DNA of 63,418 bases, counting the filler, from Atractiella rhizophila (taxonomy: Eukaryota), in NCBI GenBank assembly GCA_021432655.1. It is 6 parts of 6 records of this genome, joined end to end, with 100 filler letters (N's around TTAATTAATTAA, not from the genome) between each part and the next. Parts side by side here need not be neighbours in the genome. Positions count along the whole stretch, not along the records: positions 13,350 to 26,511 come from MU271985.1; 5 more parts are not named here. One strand, 5' to 3'. Below, piece after piece: positions 13,350-26,611 of this stretch. Below the pieces are notes generated by a model. That model had not been told where the DNA came from. It made no database searches and saw only the letters and a list, made by a program, of their open reading frames with translations. A program made the position numbers and the translations under genes. The stretch's first letter is position 1. Each line of letters begins with the position of its first letter.

Positions 13350-14883
13350 GGTTGTGAGGAGCCACTTGGAACGTGATCTAGAGCTGTTAGGAGTCACTGG
13401 CGTTGAAGATAAACTACAAGAGGATGTGAAGATGACCCTTGAGCTGTTGCGGAATGCTGGCATCAAGGTTTGGATGTTAACAGGAGACAAGATCGAAACT
13501 GCAACATGCATCGCTATTTCTACCAAACTTGTGGCTCGGAATCAGTACATTCACCAGGTCGCGAAGCGTAAGCGCCTATTGTAGATTCAAATACCGAGCT
13601 GATCCTATGCTAAAGTCAGATCTTCGGCCGAGGCTCGAGACATGCTCGAATTTCTGCAAACCAAACCGGACTGTTGCTTGGTCATAGATGGAGAATCACT
13701 TCAGCTTTGTCTCCAGCACTTCTCGACAACTTTTATATCCATCACTACGCAGCTTCCCTGCGTTGTTGCATGCCGTTGTTCGCCCACACAGAAGGCAGAT
13801 ATCGCTCTACTAATCCGGTCGCATACAAAGAAAAGAGTGTGCTGCATTGGCGACGGCGGGAACGATGTGTCTATGATCCAAGCCGCTGACGTGGGGATTG
13901 GAATCGTTGGAAAAGAAGGAAAGCAAGCTAGCTTAGCTGCTGATTTTAGCATAAACCAGTTCAGTTTCCTGACAAAACTACTTGTTTGGCACGGAAGGAA
14001 CAGCTACAAGCGAAGCGCGAAGTTGGCACAGTTTGTCATTCATGTGAGCTGTCTCAGCACTGAACTCTCCCTGCTAATCGATATTGTTGTAGAGAGGGCT
14101 TATTATCAGTATCATTCAGTGCACATTCAGTATGATCTTTTATTTCAGCCCGATTGCCATGTAAGTGCCTTTACTCCGGAAAGGGTAGCACCTAACAATC
14201 CGCACTAGATACCAAGGATGGCTTATGATCTGCTTTCCCACCGTTTACACCATGGCTCCTGTCTTCAGTTTGGTCATGGACACGGATATCAACGAGGATC
14301 TTGCTCTTCTGTATCCGGAACTATACAAGGAACTCACAAAGGTGTGTACGCAACCACTCTGGGCTCGTTCTCATCTGCTTGCAGGGCCGCTCGCTATCAT
14401 ACAAAACATTTTTTCGTTGGACAATGGTGTCCGTTTATCAAGGAGGGCTCATCATGATTCTTTCTCTTTTATTATTCCAAACCGATTTCATCAACATTGT
14501 CTCGATCTCTTTCACTGCTCTCATCCTCAATGAGTTGATTATGGTTGCTTTGGAGGTGAGGATGTTGTATGGATCCCGAATTTACCTCATATCCCCACAG
14601 GTCACAACATGGCACACTTATATGGTCATTTCCGAGCTCGTGAGCATAACAATATACGCTGCCAGCATTTTCCTACTGCCAGAATATTTCGGTGAGCCTC
14701 CGCCATTCTTACCCAGACTCATTCACTTACTGACACCTTGTAGACTTAAACTTCGTCTTGACTGTCGATTTCGTTTGGAAGGTCGCCTTGATTGTCTCAG
14801 TCTCAGCAGCACCTCTATGGGTGTACAAACTAGCCAAAGCAAGATGGGCTCCAGCAAGTTACACAAAGTTAAGGGATTATTAG
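13350..14883 (+). CDS. NEO1: P4-ATPase phospholipid flippase Neo1/ATP9, 3' part
   Basis: [65 protein letters not shown] 14881-14883. Confidence 0.93.
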
Positions 14884-15444
14884 TTTAATTTGTATTGATA
14901 CCCTTTGTATTCATTGTCCTTACTGCTGGCCTTCATTTCCCTGGACCGTCACAGATTTATATTACTACTTATGGTCAGCCATGATGCGTAAAGCAGTGAA
15001 GTGACGAATTGTGACTAGCACGTGGTTTCCTATGCGAACATTTTCATCAACTTTCTATCCACTTGAGTTACGTTGCAACGGTAACAAGGGTTGTTCCTTA
15101 GGTGATTGTGGGTGATGGAGTGCTGTGATTGTGGGTGATGGAGTGCTGTGAATGTATTCGGAGCATATTTTAACGAATAAAAATGCATAAAGGAAATCTG
15201 CTTTAAAAACAACCGAAATCCCAACCGAAACAAAGAGAATTACACAGTGATTGTATATGTATGCAACTTACGCAGCAAATCTAAAAACCAAAAACCATTG
15301 AACCTGTTGATGCAACACCTCCTGTGCCGCCACTTTTCCTTGTTTTTCGCCCTAGTCAATCACAAAAATGGTAGTGAAAATGTAAGGGGTCCGCGTAGGT
15401 GTAAAAATTGCGATCACGAGAGGTAGGAAAGGGAGAAGGTGGAG

Positions 15445-18263
15445 ATGAAAGCGAGAGCAGGGGGTTCAAACCAAGATTACAGCTCACGACGAGAAACGAC
15501 GATCTCTTCCACCGCCAAGTCTTCGAGCAGCGATATGACAGACGTACGATCCGTCCACGATATGCCTCACGTACTGGCAGCTTCCGAGGCCTCCAAAGCT
15601 ACAAAGCCTGGGGAAGAGAGCCAAAAGAAAGTGTATGGCATCACGCCTGAGCTGGCAACACCGACAGTCCAATCGGACGACGTGACTGACAAAGACTCAC
15701 CTCCAGTTAGGGTGGAAGGGCTCAGGCCTAAAGTGATGAAACATTTCAACTTTTCCGAGAAGGTGAAGAAATACGTTTCGCACGAATGGGAGAACGAGAA
15801 GGCGTTAATACATTTCTTTCAGAGGTTATATGCGGTAAGTGACTTCCTTATTCCTATGTGAATTCGGTGACAAAATGCATGCAGGAGCTTACGGAAAAAG
15901 ATGGGACCCCTGTGGCTATGAGGTACCTCGTTCTCGATAAGAGTGATCGCACTCCTTTGAAGCTTGATGCCGTTCTCACGCCGAAATTTTTGGACCCGCT
16001 TACTGAGGATACCTTTACTTACGCCGAACTGGGAGTTTCGTTGGAGCTGAAGAATAAACTGAAAAGTGATGAACAAAAGGCGCGCCGAACATTAGCCCGA
16101 GGAGGAATGGCTGGTCTGTCTGCTCGACCTCGCAATTTTACGGGGGGGGTATCCATAGGCAACCATATGTCGCAGAATGCGTCGACGAAGTCTTTTTCTT
16201 GGGTCTTTTGCACGCGTGCTGGGCGATTTGAATCCGACCCATACGATTTGGAATTGAACTTTGAAGAGTTAGTTCAGACCTTCGCATCTTTTGCCATGGC
16301 CGATGAGTGCCTGCTCAGTTTTCTTGATGCTTTTGACCATCCTCCCAAGGCAAGATTTTTGTGGGAGTAACCTGATGTGCCCAACCAGCCCAGTGTCAGT
16401 CTACCGTCAACCCCTACAGGCACTCAGTCTTCTTCTCGTTTACGCGCCATTGCTGCTTCCGCCAACTTGTCTTCTCCTCAGATGTCAACAGCTGCAGTAG
16501 CTTCGCCCGCTGTAACGACCGGTTTTACGCTTGATGAGACTGGAAATCTCAAGCATTGGAAGAAGGTGGGAAGTGTTTTCATTCCCAATGTGGTACACAA
16601 AAAGCTTTTTGCTGCCAACAACATTGTAGGAAAATGAACCCAAGTGTGGGCAGCTAAATTGCTAGGGAAACTGAGGGTCATTTAGGGACGGTGAACTTCC
16701 TCTGGCTACCCGATCTGTTCTTGGAGCATATGAAGGCACATATCCAACTATTTGATTGTTGGCGCCAAGAAAATTTGGCCAGACAAAAGGAACATCCTAT
16801 CGAGAATTGGGATTGGCTGGATGACGCGCCGTTTTCCATTTTCTGTCGCGACGATTTTTCCGTTGCTCAGCTGGCTTGTGAATATGCAACCTGGACGATA
16901 TCACCCGAACCTTTTGTCACAAAAGATCGTAAACCTGTGCTAGTTTTCACAAGACAACGGGTGAACCCCTTCGGGCAGGTCCTACAGCTCATGTCATTTT
17001 AAAATCACTGATTTCGGTTGTGCAACGTTAGTAGCTAATGTTGTTTACTATTGGAAGCTAAATTCTGATCACAGAGATTGCGACGATGTCGTTAAAATCA
17101 TTTGTCCATCGGGATATCTCGTATGACAACATGTATTCTCGCAATGATCAGGGCCAGCTTAGCGGTTTTGCTAAAGATTACGAACTAGCGAGAGTCCGAG
17201 GGAAAACCTACACATTTGGCAATGAAAGCGCGGGAGAATTAACCGTACGTATTTTGCTCCCGTTATCTCTTTACTCATTGGTTGGTAGGGCACATTTCCA
17301 TTCCTTTCGCATTGCGTTCTCACAGCGTACCTTGTGAAACATGCCGCCCACCCGCCACCTGACCCCAAAAAAATATATCAGAACTATGCTCAGAAGACGC
17401 TGGACGATTTGGAATCAGTATTTTACTGTGGTGTCTATTTCTTCTGCCATTTTGTCCCGAAGGATAAGAATAATCCCTTGGGAGAACTGCGAACTCGTTT
17501 ATGGCCCCGCTCGGTCCCCTCGCTTGCAATGAGCTCCACATCAAAATCGAATTTAATTACACGGACATCGGAAGTGTCAGGACAGCTAACTTTGTGGACC
17601 AGCGGCTCATCAGCATCAAAGAAGCGCCATGCCCGCAATTCCAAGCAGCGACAAGATACCATTTTTGACTTACCGGTTTTGCAATATGAAACACCCTACC
17701 CTCTTGCCCAATGGTTCTCAGCGGGGCCAGCGAGCTTGGACAAGTTAAGGCTCTTGGGAAGACCCAAATTTTTCCCCAGTGAAGAAAGAGATTTCGAGAC
17801 GCTGAAAAAGGAGATGGCCAGTTGCCAACTTCGAGAAGAGGAATTAAAGAAGCAGTGTGATACATTGTACAAGGCAGGAAAGTATCGTGAGTTGGCGGAG
17901 CAACAATGTGAGCTCGTGAAACTTTTGAAGAGAAAAGCGACTCTGGCAGGGATGCAGGTGAGGATGCAGGTGAGGATGCAGGCGAGGCTGGAAGCCAAAA
18001 GCACCTTTAAAATCATGATCGGTCAACTTCTCGGCAAAGATCACAATTGGACATGGGACAGCGACACTATCGATGATATCCTATGGAAGCTTTCAGAACC
18101 TATCAGTTTTCCTCAGAGTGAAATGGATGATGGATGGGACTCCGTTCTGAGTGGAGAAGATCATGTCAGGCAGGTCATGGACATCGCCTCAGAGATGGTG
18201 GCAGCATTGGAAGCGGGTTTAAATTCTTTGGATGACCTGAGCAAAGCCTCACAGGTAAGTTGA
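15445..18263 (+). pseudogene. Fungal-specific FunK1-like protein kinase, probably inactivated
   Basis: FVHRDISYDN, DYELA, T|GTFPF, DDLESVFY; in-frame stops TAA 16368-16370 and TGA 16635-16637; 3' end uncertain. Confidence 0.65.
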
Positions 18264-18655
18264 GTGTGACTAATGACTGACGTTGTGGATTGACTATCAA
18301 AGTTCTATTATATCGTGGATGCCTTACTTGCAATTAATACCATACTCAAGAGGAAAATGAATCCCAAGAGTCCGGCTCATGTCTGTACCATTCCACTTGG
18401 TTTGGTTGATGTCACAGTCAGTAGGACAGTGATTGAGTTTGATGGTTCCTGGTTTTCAGTCAATGGATGGATCAGTCAATTGATGGACTGTGTTCAAAAG
18501 GCCAGTCATATCCTAGGATTTCATCCACAGGTCTGAGCTCAAAGACTCCAATCCAGTGGTTTGAATAAAAAGAGGTGTGACTTCTTGTAAATGGGTTGAA
18601 AGAATTAATTTTATCACATCTATTTTCCCATTTCAACCAACCGGATGAACCTAGA

Positions 18656-19174
18656 TGTCAGGTTTGCATCTTATGCAAATCGGCACCCGTTCGCTGTGTT
18701 GCGTCTCCTATCGCCCATTTGCGTTCCCTGTGAATCGGCACCCGTTCGCCACTGCGTCTCCCGTAGCCCGTTCGCCCATTTGCACCTACATCACCACTTA
18801 GCCCAATTGTGCCTATCCTCCTCTTATTAACTCCGCGTAATCCCACTGTCACTTCCCCTTTTAGTTCTCTTACATGTTTCATCTGCTCTCCTCTACGCTC
18901 TGTGGCAGTGTTATTCCGCTTGTATATATAGATCAGAGAGTAGTGGAGGTGACCTTAGAGTATTCTCTTAGGTTTATCTCCACTACCTCTACGCTCTGTG
19001 GCAGTGTTATTCCGCTTGTATATATAGATCAGAGAGTAGTGGAGGTGACCTTAGAGTATTCTCTTAGGTTTATCTCCACTACAGGTTAGTCTTCATGTCA
19101 TATCATGCACTTAGGTTTATCTCCACTACAGACGCATCACCTATCGGCGACCGTACATAGTGTCAGCCCTAACA
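18656..19174 (+). mobile_element. Solo LTR (U3 type A) with 5-bp TSD CTAGA
   Basis: TGTCAGG...CCCTAACA; CTAGA at 18651-18655 and 19175-19179; internal 96-bp tandem duplication 18891-18986/18987-19082. Confidence 0.9.
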
Positions 19175-19426
19175 CTAGACATTTGGTTTCCAGTTGCTGA
19201 CAATAGTTACAATCAAGATTCCTAGTTCAGGTCTTCCATTCTTCAAGAGTGCTTTTTTATGTTCCGAAATAGTAATAGTTTGTGAAAGTGGGAGTATGGC
19301 CATACTCACTCACCTCACCACCCACTATTGTCTTTATGCTTGCCCCACTTTGCCATGCTTTCCATATATATACTCCACTTCCTCTTTTTCTGCTCTAGTG
19401 GCTGTTCCCGATCTACAGCAGGTAGG

Positions 19427-20092
19427 TGTCAGGCTTGCTCCCATACATTACCGAAATGCATCAGTCTTGGTCACTTGACCTACTTTCCTATTTCTTAGGT
19501 CCGCGCGCTCTTACCAATCGCCGCTTTGCATATATCCACACTCTCTGCTGCTTTGCGTCTTCGCTCAGTAGATCCAGTTCATTTCGCATGTGCCTACCCA
19601 TCGCTGCTTTGCGTATACCCACATTCTTCGCCGCTTTCCCTCTTCTCATACGAATCGCTGCTCAGTAAACCATGTACATTTCACTGGTCTGCACCGTCAC
19701 CGTTTTGCTTTGACATCCTTTCTCAATTATCTTACTTATTATATCTTATTTCCGATTATTCCCTGTATTGCTTTCCTGATCTAGCTATTCTATGTGTTTC
19801 ATGAATCATACTTTACAGTTCATGGCGGTGCCCTTGCATATGTATATATTGTTGGAGGTATCCAGTGTGGTACGATCACCACACCAGGGTGTACAATACG
19901 AACGGTCAATGACCTGCTCTCCCTAGGTGCTTACCACCAGGGATGAGCAGGTAGGAGTCTCGGATAATAGTCATGCTAGGTGCTTACCATCAGGGATGAG
20001 CAGATCCACATATATAAATTGAGATGTAGTGGAGGTGACCTTAGAGTATTCTCTTAGGTTTATCTCCACTCCAGGTTAGTCTTCTCACATCA
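19427..20092 (+). mobile_element. 3'-truncated LTR (U3 type B), interrupted by a nested LTR
   Basis: Homologous to LTR 51760-52200; starts TGTCAGGCTTG. Confidence 0.85.
19850..20010. mobile_element. 161-bp solo LTR of an unrelated family, TSD TATAT
   Basis: TGTTGGA...TCCACA ends; TATAT at 19845-19849 and 20011-20015. Confidence 0.8.
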
Positions 20093-20117
20093 TATCTGTC
20101 AGTGATGTGTCTCTATT

Positions 20118-20968
20118 GGAGATAAACCTGAGTATAATATGACATGAGAAGACTAACCTGGAGTGGAGATAAACCTAAGAGAATACTCTAAGGTCACCTC
20201 CACTACTCTCCAATCTATATAACACTGCCACAAATAGAGGAGAGTAGACAGAACATGTAAGAGAACCAAAAATGGAAAGCAAAAGTGGGATTACATGGGG
20301 TTGATAAGAGGAGCATAGTGTTAGGGCTGACACTATGTGCTTTCGCCGATAGGCGATGCGTCTGTAGTGGAGGTAAACCTAAGTGAATAGTATGGCATGA
20401 GAAGACTAACCTGTAGTGGAGGTAAACCTAAGAGAATACTCTAAGGTCACCACCACTACATCTCGATGTATATATACATAAGTAGAGGCACTGCCATAAA
20501 CTGTAACATACATTGCTTGAAACGTGTAAGATAGCTAGATCAGGAAAGTAATAAAGGGAATACTCGGAAATAAGATATACTGGGCAGTACTAGTGAGAAA
20601 GGACAATAAGGCGAAAATGGAGACAATGCAGATCGGCGAAATGTATAAGGTCTGCTGAGCGGCGATTCGTGTGAGGAATGGAAAAGCGGCAAACAGCGCA
20701 GACCTGTGCAGAGCGGCGATGGGTAGGTACGTGATCACATGACACGGTAAGGTGGGTCACGTGACCTCGGATGGTGCATTTCGGTAATGCGTGGGGGCAA
20801 GCCTGACACATAGACACAATTGGGCTAAGTGGTGATGTAGTGGGCGAATGAGCAACTGGGCGCTGATTTGCACTGTGTGCAAATGGGAGACAGGAGACGC
20901 AGAGTGGTGACGGGAGACAATTCATGTAGAATCCAAATGGGTATGGGTGAACGGGCACAAACCTCACA
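20118..20968 (-). mobile_element. Truncated LTR (U3 type A), split by a type B LTR
   Basis: Reverse-complement similarity to 18656-19174 on both sides of 20319-20808. Confidence 0.8.
20319..20808 (-). mobile_element. Solo LTR (U3 type B) with TSD CATAG
   Basis: TGTTAGGG...CCTGACA; CATAG at 20314-20318 and 20809-20813. Confidence 0.9.
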
Positions 20969-21872
20969 GAGACCCATCATATTGAGAGTATTAAGGTATT
21001 TGACTATGGAGCCTTGTTGAATATTCTCACTGCTGTTGTCCATCAATCGGTCAGCACTAATTATATTTGTTCCTGTCAGGAGACAAATGTTGAATAAGCT
21101 GATCATTTATCATGTCAACATCAACATTCCGGGCCATAAGGACCGTGTGCTCTTGAAAGTATTGCCTCAACTCAACTGGGTTGACACCCTATGGTAGATG
21201 GCTGCAAGCTGTCACATTCCAGATCTCAGATATGGGTTAAACAGACTTCAGAACAAAGTTGTGAGCATTTGATTCACTGAACTGAATTGACCGTACTTGA
21301 GCAACACTGCATTGAAGAAGAGAGTTGATGGTTTCTGCCGAAGGGTGCACGCAACTTCCACCAATAGGTGAAAGCATGATCCTCCGCCCAGCATCTTCTC
21401 TTCCGCTCACACTCAAAGATGTCGAAGAAGTCCAGAGCTTGGTTGCACAAAGGAAGAAACAGCGCAAACTGAAAAGTGACGCAGTGGCTGAGCAGGAAAG
21501 GAGGGAGATGGAAGAGAGAAAGAAGCAGCTTGAACAGTGCGTGCTTTCATTCTCACGTTGCAAGGGACAGGTAGTGACATTGCTATAGGCAAAAAAGAGC
21601 TGAAGCAGCTAAGGCATCTTGATTTCATTTAGACAAGATACCGCTCAAATCGGTAAAGATTATATCGGTTGCAATTGCAAACTGTCTGACTGGGGCAGTC
21701 CACTGTAAAAGGGTATACTGCTGATGGCTCAATCCGGACATGAAGCTGTTGTACAATACTAACGAAACTACTCGAAAGAACCCACCTGCAATGAAGGCGC
21801 ATCAGTCCAGCACTTCTTTCCCTTACGAAGGAACCAGCTCACGTACTCTAGCCTCAACGGTTCACATCAAGG

Positions 21873-23088
21873 CTAAGAAATAACGATCCTTGGCGGAGGG
21901 TACGAATGATCACCTCTCTTTCCATTAACACCCCTCCCCACATCTTCGTCCGCATACACATCCTCACTTCTCCCTCTCCGCCTGCCACTCTCGCTGAAAC
22001 GCCTTTGACTTTCGGCTCCCTCTTCCTCGTCTAAAGAATCTCTTCTGAGAAATCCCTCTGTCTCTTCCGCATCTGCATCGTCATACAGCTTCGGTGTATT
22101 CGACAAACCGAATGCAGGGGATGAAGATTTGATGATTGTGTCGATGAACCAAAATTGGAGGACGTTGAGGGTGAGAGGAACGAGAGAGAGCACGACGATC
22201 AGACGTAACCTAGGGAATCTCCTATTCAACCTTTTGTTATGGGGGAATCCCACACGCACTGTTCATTGGGGAATAGATCTATACTGTTTGACAATTCGTT
22301 AGGATTGTAGGGAGAAAGTCAAAATACCTACAACCAATCCCCGAAGTCTATGAGAGGAGGAACTGAAGCGAGCATCATGGTGACTATTAGCTTCAGGGTG
22401 CAAATGGCGAGAATGTAAACCACAAGCTAATCCCTCTCTCGTCAAAGTGTTTCCCCTATCAAAGCCGCTTAGCGCACCTGCTTGAACCACCAGGAGATGC
22501 GTGGAGGCGTTCCATATTGTCCAGATACGAAACCTGTCAGCTGCATTTTCTCGGTGAGGATAAAGTTGGAGAAGCGGAGGAAGGTCCATATTCTGTCTTC
22601 AGACTCAGGAGCTGGAATGCATCAAGCAGGCAAAGCGGAGCACGAACATGAGGACTCCAAGGGTAGTGTCGATTAGGATGTTCATGACATCTTCCGACGA
22701 GCTGTAAGTCAGCGGAGGAAGAAGATACTGGCAAGGAGCATACAGAGAGAGCAGGGAGAAGCTGCTTGGACGTGTGCCAGTAGGTCTGCAACGTTTCTCA
22801 GCATCATAATCAGGGGGTGCAAAGCAAGCACACCTGAGAGCAGCAAATTGGAAAGATGCACAAAGGCCTTTTCACCCTCATTTGCATGTTTCGGCAGCTA
22901 CTAAGAGGATCTCGCACCTGTCCTAAGCACTGCTTACTGACATCGAAGCTCCAAATCCTCCATGGCCGCTGCGGCTTCTCCCTTGCCCGCTTAAAAATGA
23001 GACTGCCAATGACGAGTACACCCATTATCCCTTGGACTATGAGTCCCGTGGCGGAGGTGAAGCGACATTTAGCTGGGGCTTCTGCCAT
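21873..23088 (-). CDS. Vacuolar membrane protein, TMEM110/STIMATE-like family
   Basis: VQGIMGVLVIGSLIFKRAREKPQRPWRIWSFDVSKQ; PLTLNVLQFWFIDTIIK. Confidence 0.82.
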
Positions 23089-23367
23089 TGCTTCTGGCTG
23101 TGAGTTGGTAGTTGAGTAATTGTGTTTCTGAGTTTCGAGTTTGATTGCCGAGCGTGGAAAGCGTTGATGAGGGCAAAACGACGAAGCGCCTTTCCTTCCT
23201 TCCACTATAAACGGTCTGTTTCTTATCATATCCTCAGATATCCCCCTAATCATCCCGCCTAGCAGGTCCTTATTTCATATATCCTCAGTAAACGTAAATA
23301 GCGCTAGAACAAGGCGCCAATTTCGCGTCGTCGCCCCAACCCCTCCAACATCTGCGCACCTTCAGCG

Positions 23368-26300
23368 ATGGAGACGCACTCCCCTTCCTCCACCGTGTCT
23401 CCTCAGGCGTTCTTCTCCAAACTCGAGTCTCTGTTGGTCCAGAAAGCAAACGAGATTCAACTCGCCGGACGGCTGGGAGAAAGGCTCTTGAGTCAGCAGG
23501 CTGAATTGGAGGCAAAGATAAGAGAGCTCGAGGAGGTCCAAGGACTCAATCAATCCACATCCTCGAGAGCTAGAGGTGTGGGAGGCGGAGAAGAGAGCGA
23601 CGATGAAGCCACTGGGGACGTAGGAGAAGAGGCAAGGAACAGGTTGGCGGAGTTGGAAAATGAGGTGAGGAATTGGGAGACGAGCAACAACGAGATTTTC
23701 GCGGATCTGGGCGTGTCTTCGGCGGGTGCTAATGGGGAGGATCGCGTAATCCAGGTTCGGTTATTTTCTCATCTTGATGCATGAAAGGGAGAGTGACTTT
23801 CGGCGACTGAACGGATGAAGGGTCAAGAGATCGACCTTGTTTCCTCCCCTATCGACTTTGGCGCGCCGCCTGTCCCTCCTGTTCCCTCAATCCACTCGTC
23901 CGAAACCGACTCGATAGGTCACTCCATGCGGTCCGCACCAGCAACTACTACCCCCAGTGCTGCAGCAGCATCTCGACGAGCCAGGAACAATGCCCAACAC
24001 CGAGCGAACGACATAGAATTTGCTACCGAAATTGGACAATCACTGCTTGGAGAAGTCAGACGCCTTCAAGCTCTGTTGTCAGAAAGAGACGAGCAAATCT
24101 CAAAGGACAGGTTCGAACGGGAAGCGTTGGAGGGGGATTTAGAAGAATTGAGGGAGGCACATAAAGTTCAGGAAGGGAATATCGGTTCGTCCTCTCTCAG
24201 TCCCTCGATATCCATGGCTGGTTAGATTAACAGTAAATTGCAGAGAAATACAAAGAGGAGAATTGGAATCTCGAAGTCCAGGTTCAAGAACTCAGATCCT
24301 CGCTCGCTGAAGCTCAAGACTCGCATAAGAAAGCAGAACAGGAGCGGACCCGGCTTACGAAGCAGTTGGCGACAATGAGAGAAACCGTGGAACAGCAGAA
24401 GCTAGAGAGCGACAAGCTCCGCACCCAGTTCGACGAGTTCAAACAGAAGCACGAGACCGATGTTGCACGGTGGGGAAGGGATCATGCCACTCTTGCCAGG
24501 GAGAAGAGCGATCTGCAACACTCTCTTGAGACAGCGAAGAGCGAATTGGTGAAGAGCAAGAGCCGGATTGGAAGGGTGACTTCGCATGGAAGTCATGATT
24601 TTGAGCGGTTGGGAGGAATGGATGAAGAGGAAGAAGAGGAGGATGAAGATGAAAAGGACGCCAATGGTCTGATGAGCGAGAGGAGGAAGAGGAGAAAAAC
24701 CGGCGACTTCCATGGTCCAGATTCTCCTTCTTCCATTCCAGATGAAAAGTCTGAGCTGGCATCTTCTATCATCGTACATCCCACACCAGAAAATGTAGCC
24801 GCTACTCAGCTTCTGGAGGACGTGCTCAAGGTCACAGACGGAGCAGAAGCGCCGGAATCAGTTGACGTCCTGAGGTCCTCCCTAGCTCAGGCGCACAAAC
24901 AACTCTTAGCTCTTCGTAACGTCTTGAAAAAGGAGAGTCAGACAAAGATGGACCTCATGAAGCAATTGTCAGAAAGACCGGTGGCGAACGGGAGCGCTTG
25001 GGAGGACGAATATGATCAAGTTGAGTCTAGTCCAACCAAGATGGCGGGGAGAGGGAGGGGAAGGGGACGCGGAGGGAGGAAGCGCGGGGGATTCAGACCT
25101 GCGCCGAGTGGGCTGAGGAGAGAGAGCACGCCAGATTTCGAGGATGAACAGGACGAGGATCAACACCTAACAACGAATTTTGCGGACGAACTGGGCGGCG
25201 CCGATGACGATTCGATCATTGAAAGGGAAGAGGAGTGGGATGGGACGGACGATTTGGAGAGATCGATGAGGAGCGAAACGAGGTTCAGTTTAGAGGGAAT
25301 GGACCCTGCATTCATGGAATTTTTGCGGACAAGGCAAGAGGACGATGGATCATCCGCACCTCAGATTGCGGCCAAGCTTGGCATAGGAAGGCAAAGTGCC
25401 GACCTTTCTGCTTCTGCTGCGTCCAGACGATCAATTGCCTCTATCATTCGGGATGGGGATGCACAGTCTGAGGTTTCTGCGGTCACTCACGTTCCCAAAC
25501 CTGTCACTGTTGATCAAGAAACGATGACAGACTTCCCAGAGCCAGAGCCGAAGGTAGTTACTGTTGAAGTGGAGAAGATTGTTGAAGTTCCAAAGATCAT
25601 CGAGATCGAAAAGGTAGTAGAGGTCGAGAAAATAGTGGAGAAGATAGTCGAGGTTCCCAAGGTGGTCGAAGTGGAAAAAATAGTCGAGAAAGTAGTTGAG
25701 AAGATCGTTCCTGCTGTGATCGAGACACCATCAACGGTTCCTTCTTCGCCGCCGAAAGAATTGAAGGAAATTTCCATTCAAACAACTCCTCCACCATCGC
25801 CTCGCACTCCCACTATGCCTATTCCTGCAATTTCAGCTACTAGTGCGATGGAGGACAAAGTCCCCGTTGAAGTTAATCATGCTTCTACGGAGACGGACAT
25901 CAATCAATTTACGAAGGAGACAGAGACACAAACCGAGCCTTCCCCTTCTCGCCCATCCTCTCTACCTCCTCGCTCGCGCGTGGATACCTTAGTCGCGTCC
26001 ACGCCACGCCCACCTGCACCAGTGCAGCTTCCTTCGTCAGTCTCAAATACGAGTTACGCAAGTTTCGACTCTGCTCGGACTTCAACCCCAACTCAATCTA
26101 TTGTGGGAGACCGACGCGATTCCATCTATACTACCCGCTTATCAATGGATGAAAGCGTAGACGGAGGAGGTGTTACTTCTGACGTCGAGAGCTTTGAAGA
26201 TGCTCAGGAATCAGTCGGCTTTCATACACCTTCGCATTCTATCTCGTTTGGTCGGTCGCAGCCCTTTGACCTCAACCATATGCCTGCTGGGCGCGATAGC

Positions 26301-26511
26301 TTTGATGAAAGCGAGACTGAAGATCTTACCGTTCTAAGGGGCACCGATCCAAGCCTGGAGAAACTCAAGCGTGGCACGCCTGCTGCTACTAGCGCGGTTG
26401 GTTTAGGCCCATCAGCGGTTCCGGTAGTGAAGGTTGAAACGGTGGAGAGTGGAGTCCAGACGGATGAACTCATCCTTCGACCGCTTAGTATGTATGAAAC
26501 GAATAAGAGAG
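23368..26511 (+). CDS. NUM1: Nuclear migration protein Num1/ApsA-like, 3'-partial
   Basis: QHRANDIEFATEIGQSLLGEVRRLQALLSERD, EENWNLEV, long coiled coil, VEKIVEVP repeats; cut by spacer. Confidence 0.8.
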
Positions 26512-26611
26512 NNNNNNNNNNNNNNNNNNNNNNNNNNNNNNNNNNNNNNNNNNNNTTAATTAATTAANNNNNNNNNNNNNNNNNNNNNNNNNNNNNNNNN
26601 NNNNNNNNNNN
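26512..26611. other. Artificial contig-join spacer
   Basis: N44-TTAATTAATTAA-N44. Confidence 0.98.

Noticed and set aside
17950..17986. 12-nt triple repeat (MQVR) in the kinase; also short duplications at 15102-15150 and 4401-4432
   Set aside because: Simple slippage repeats with no further signal
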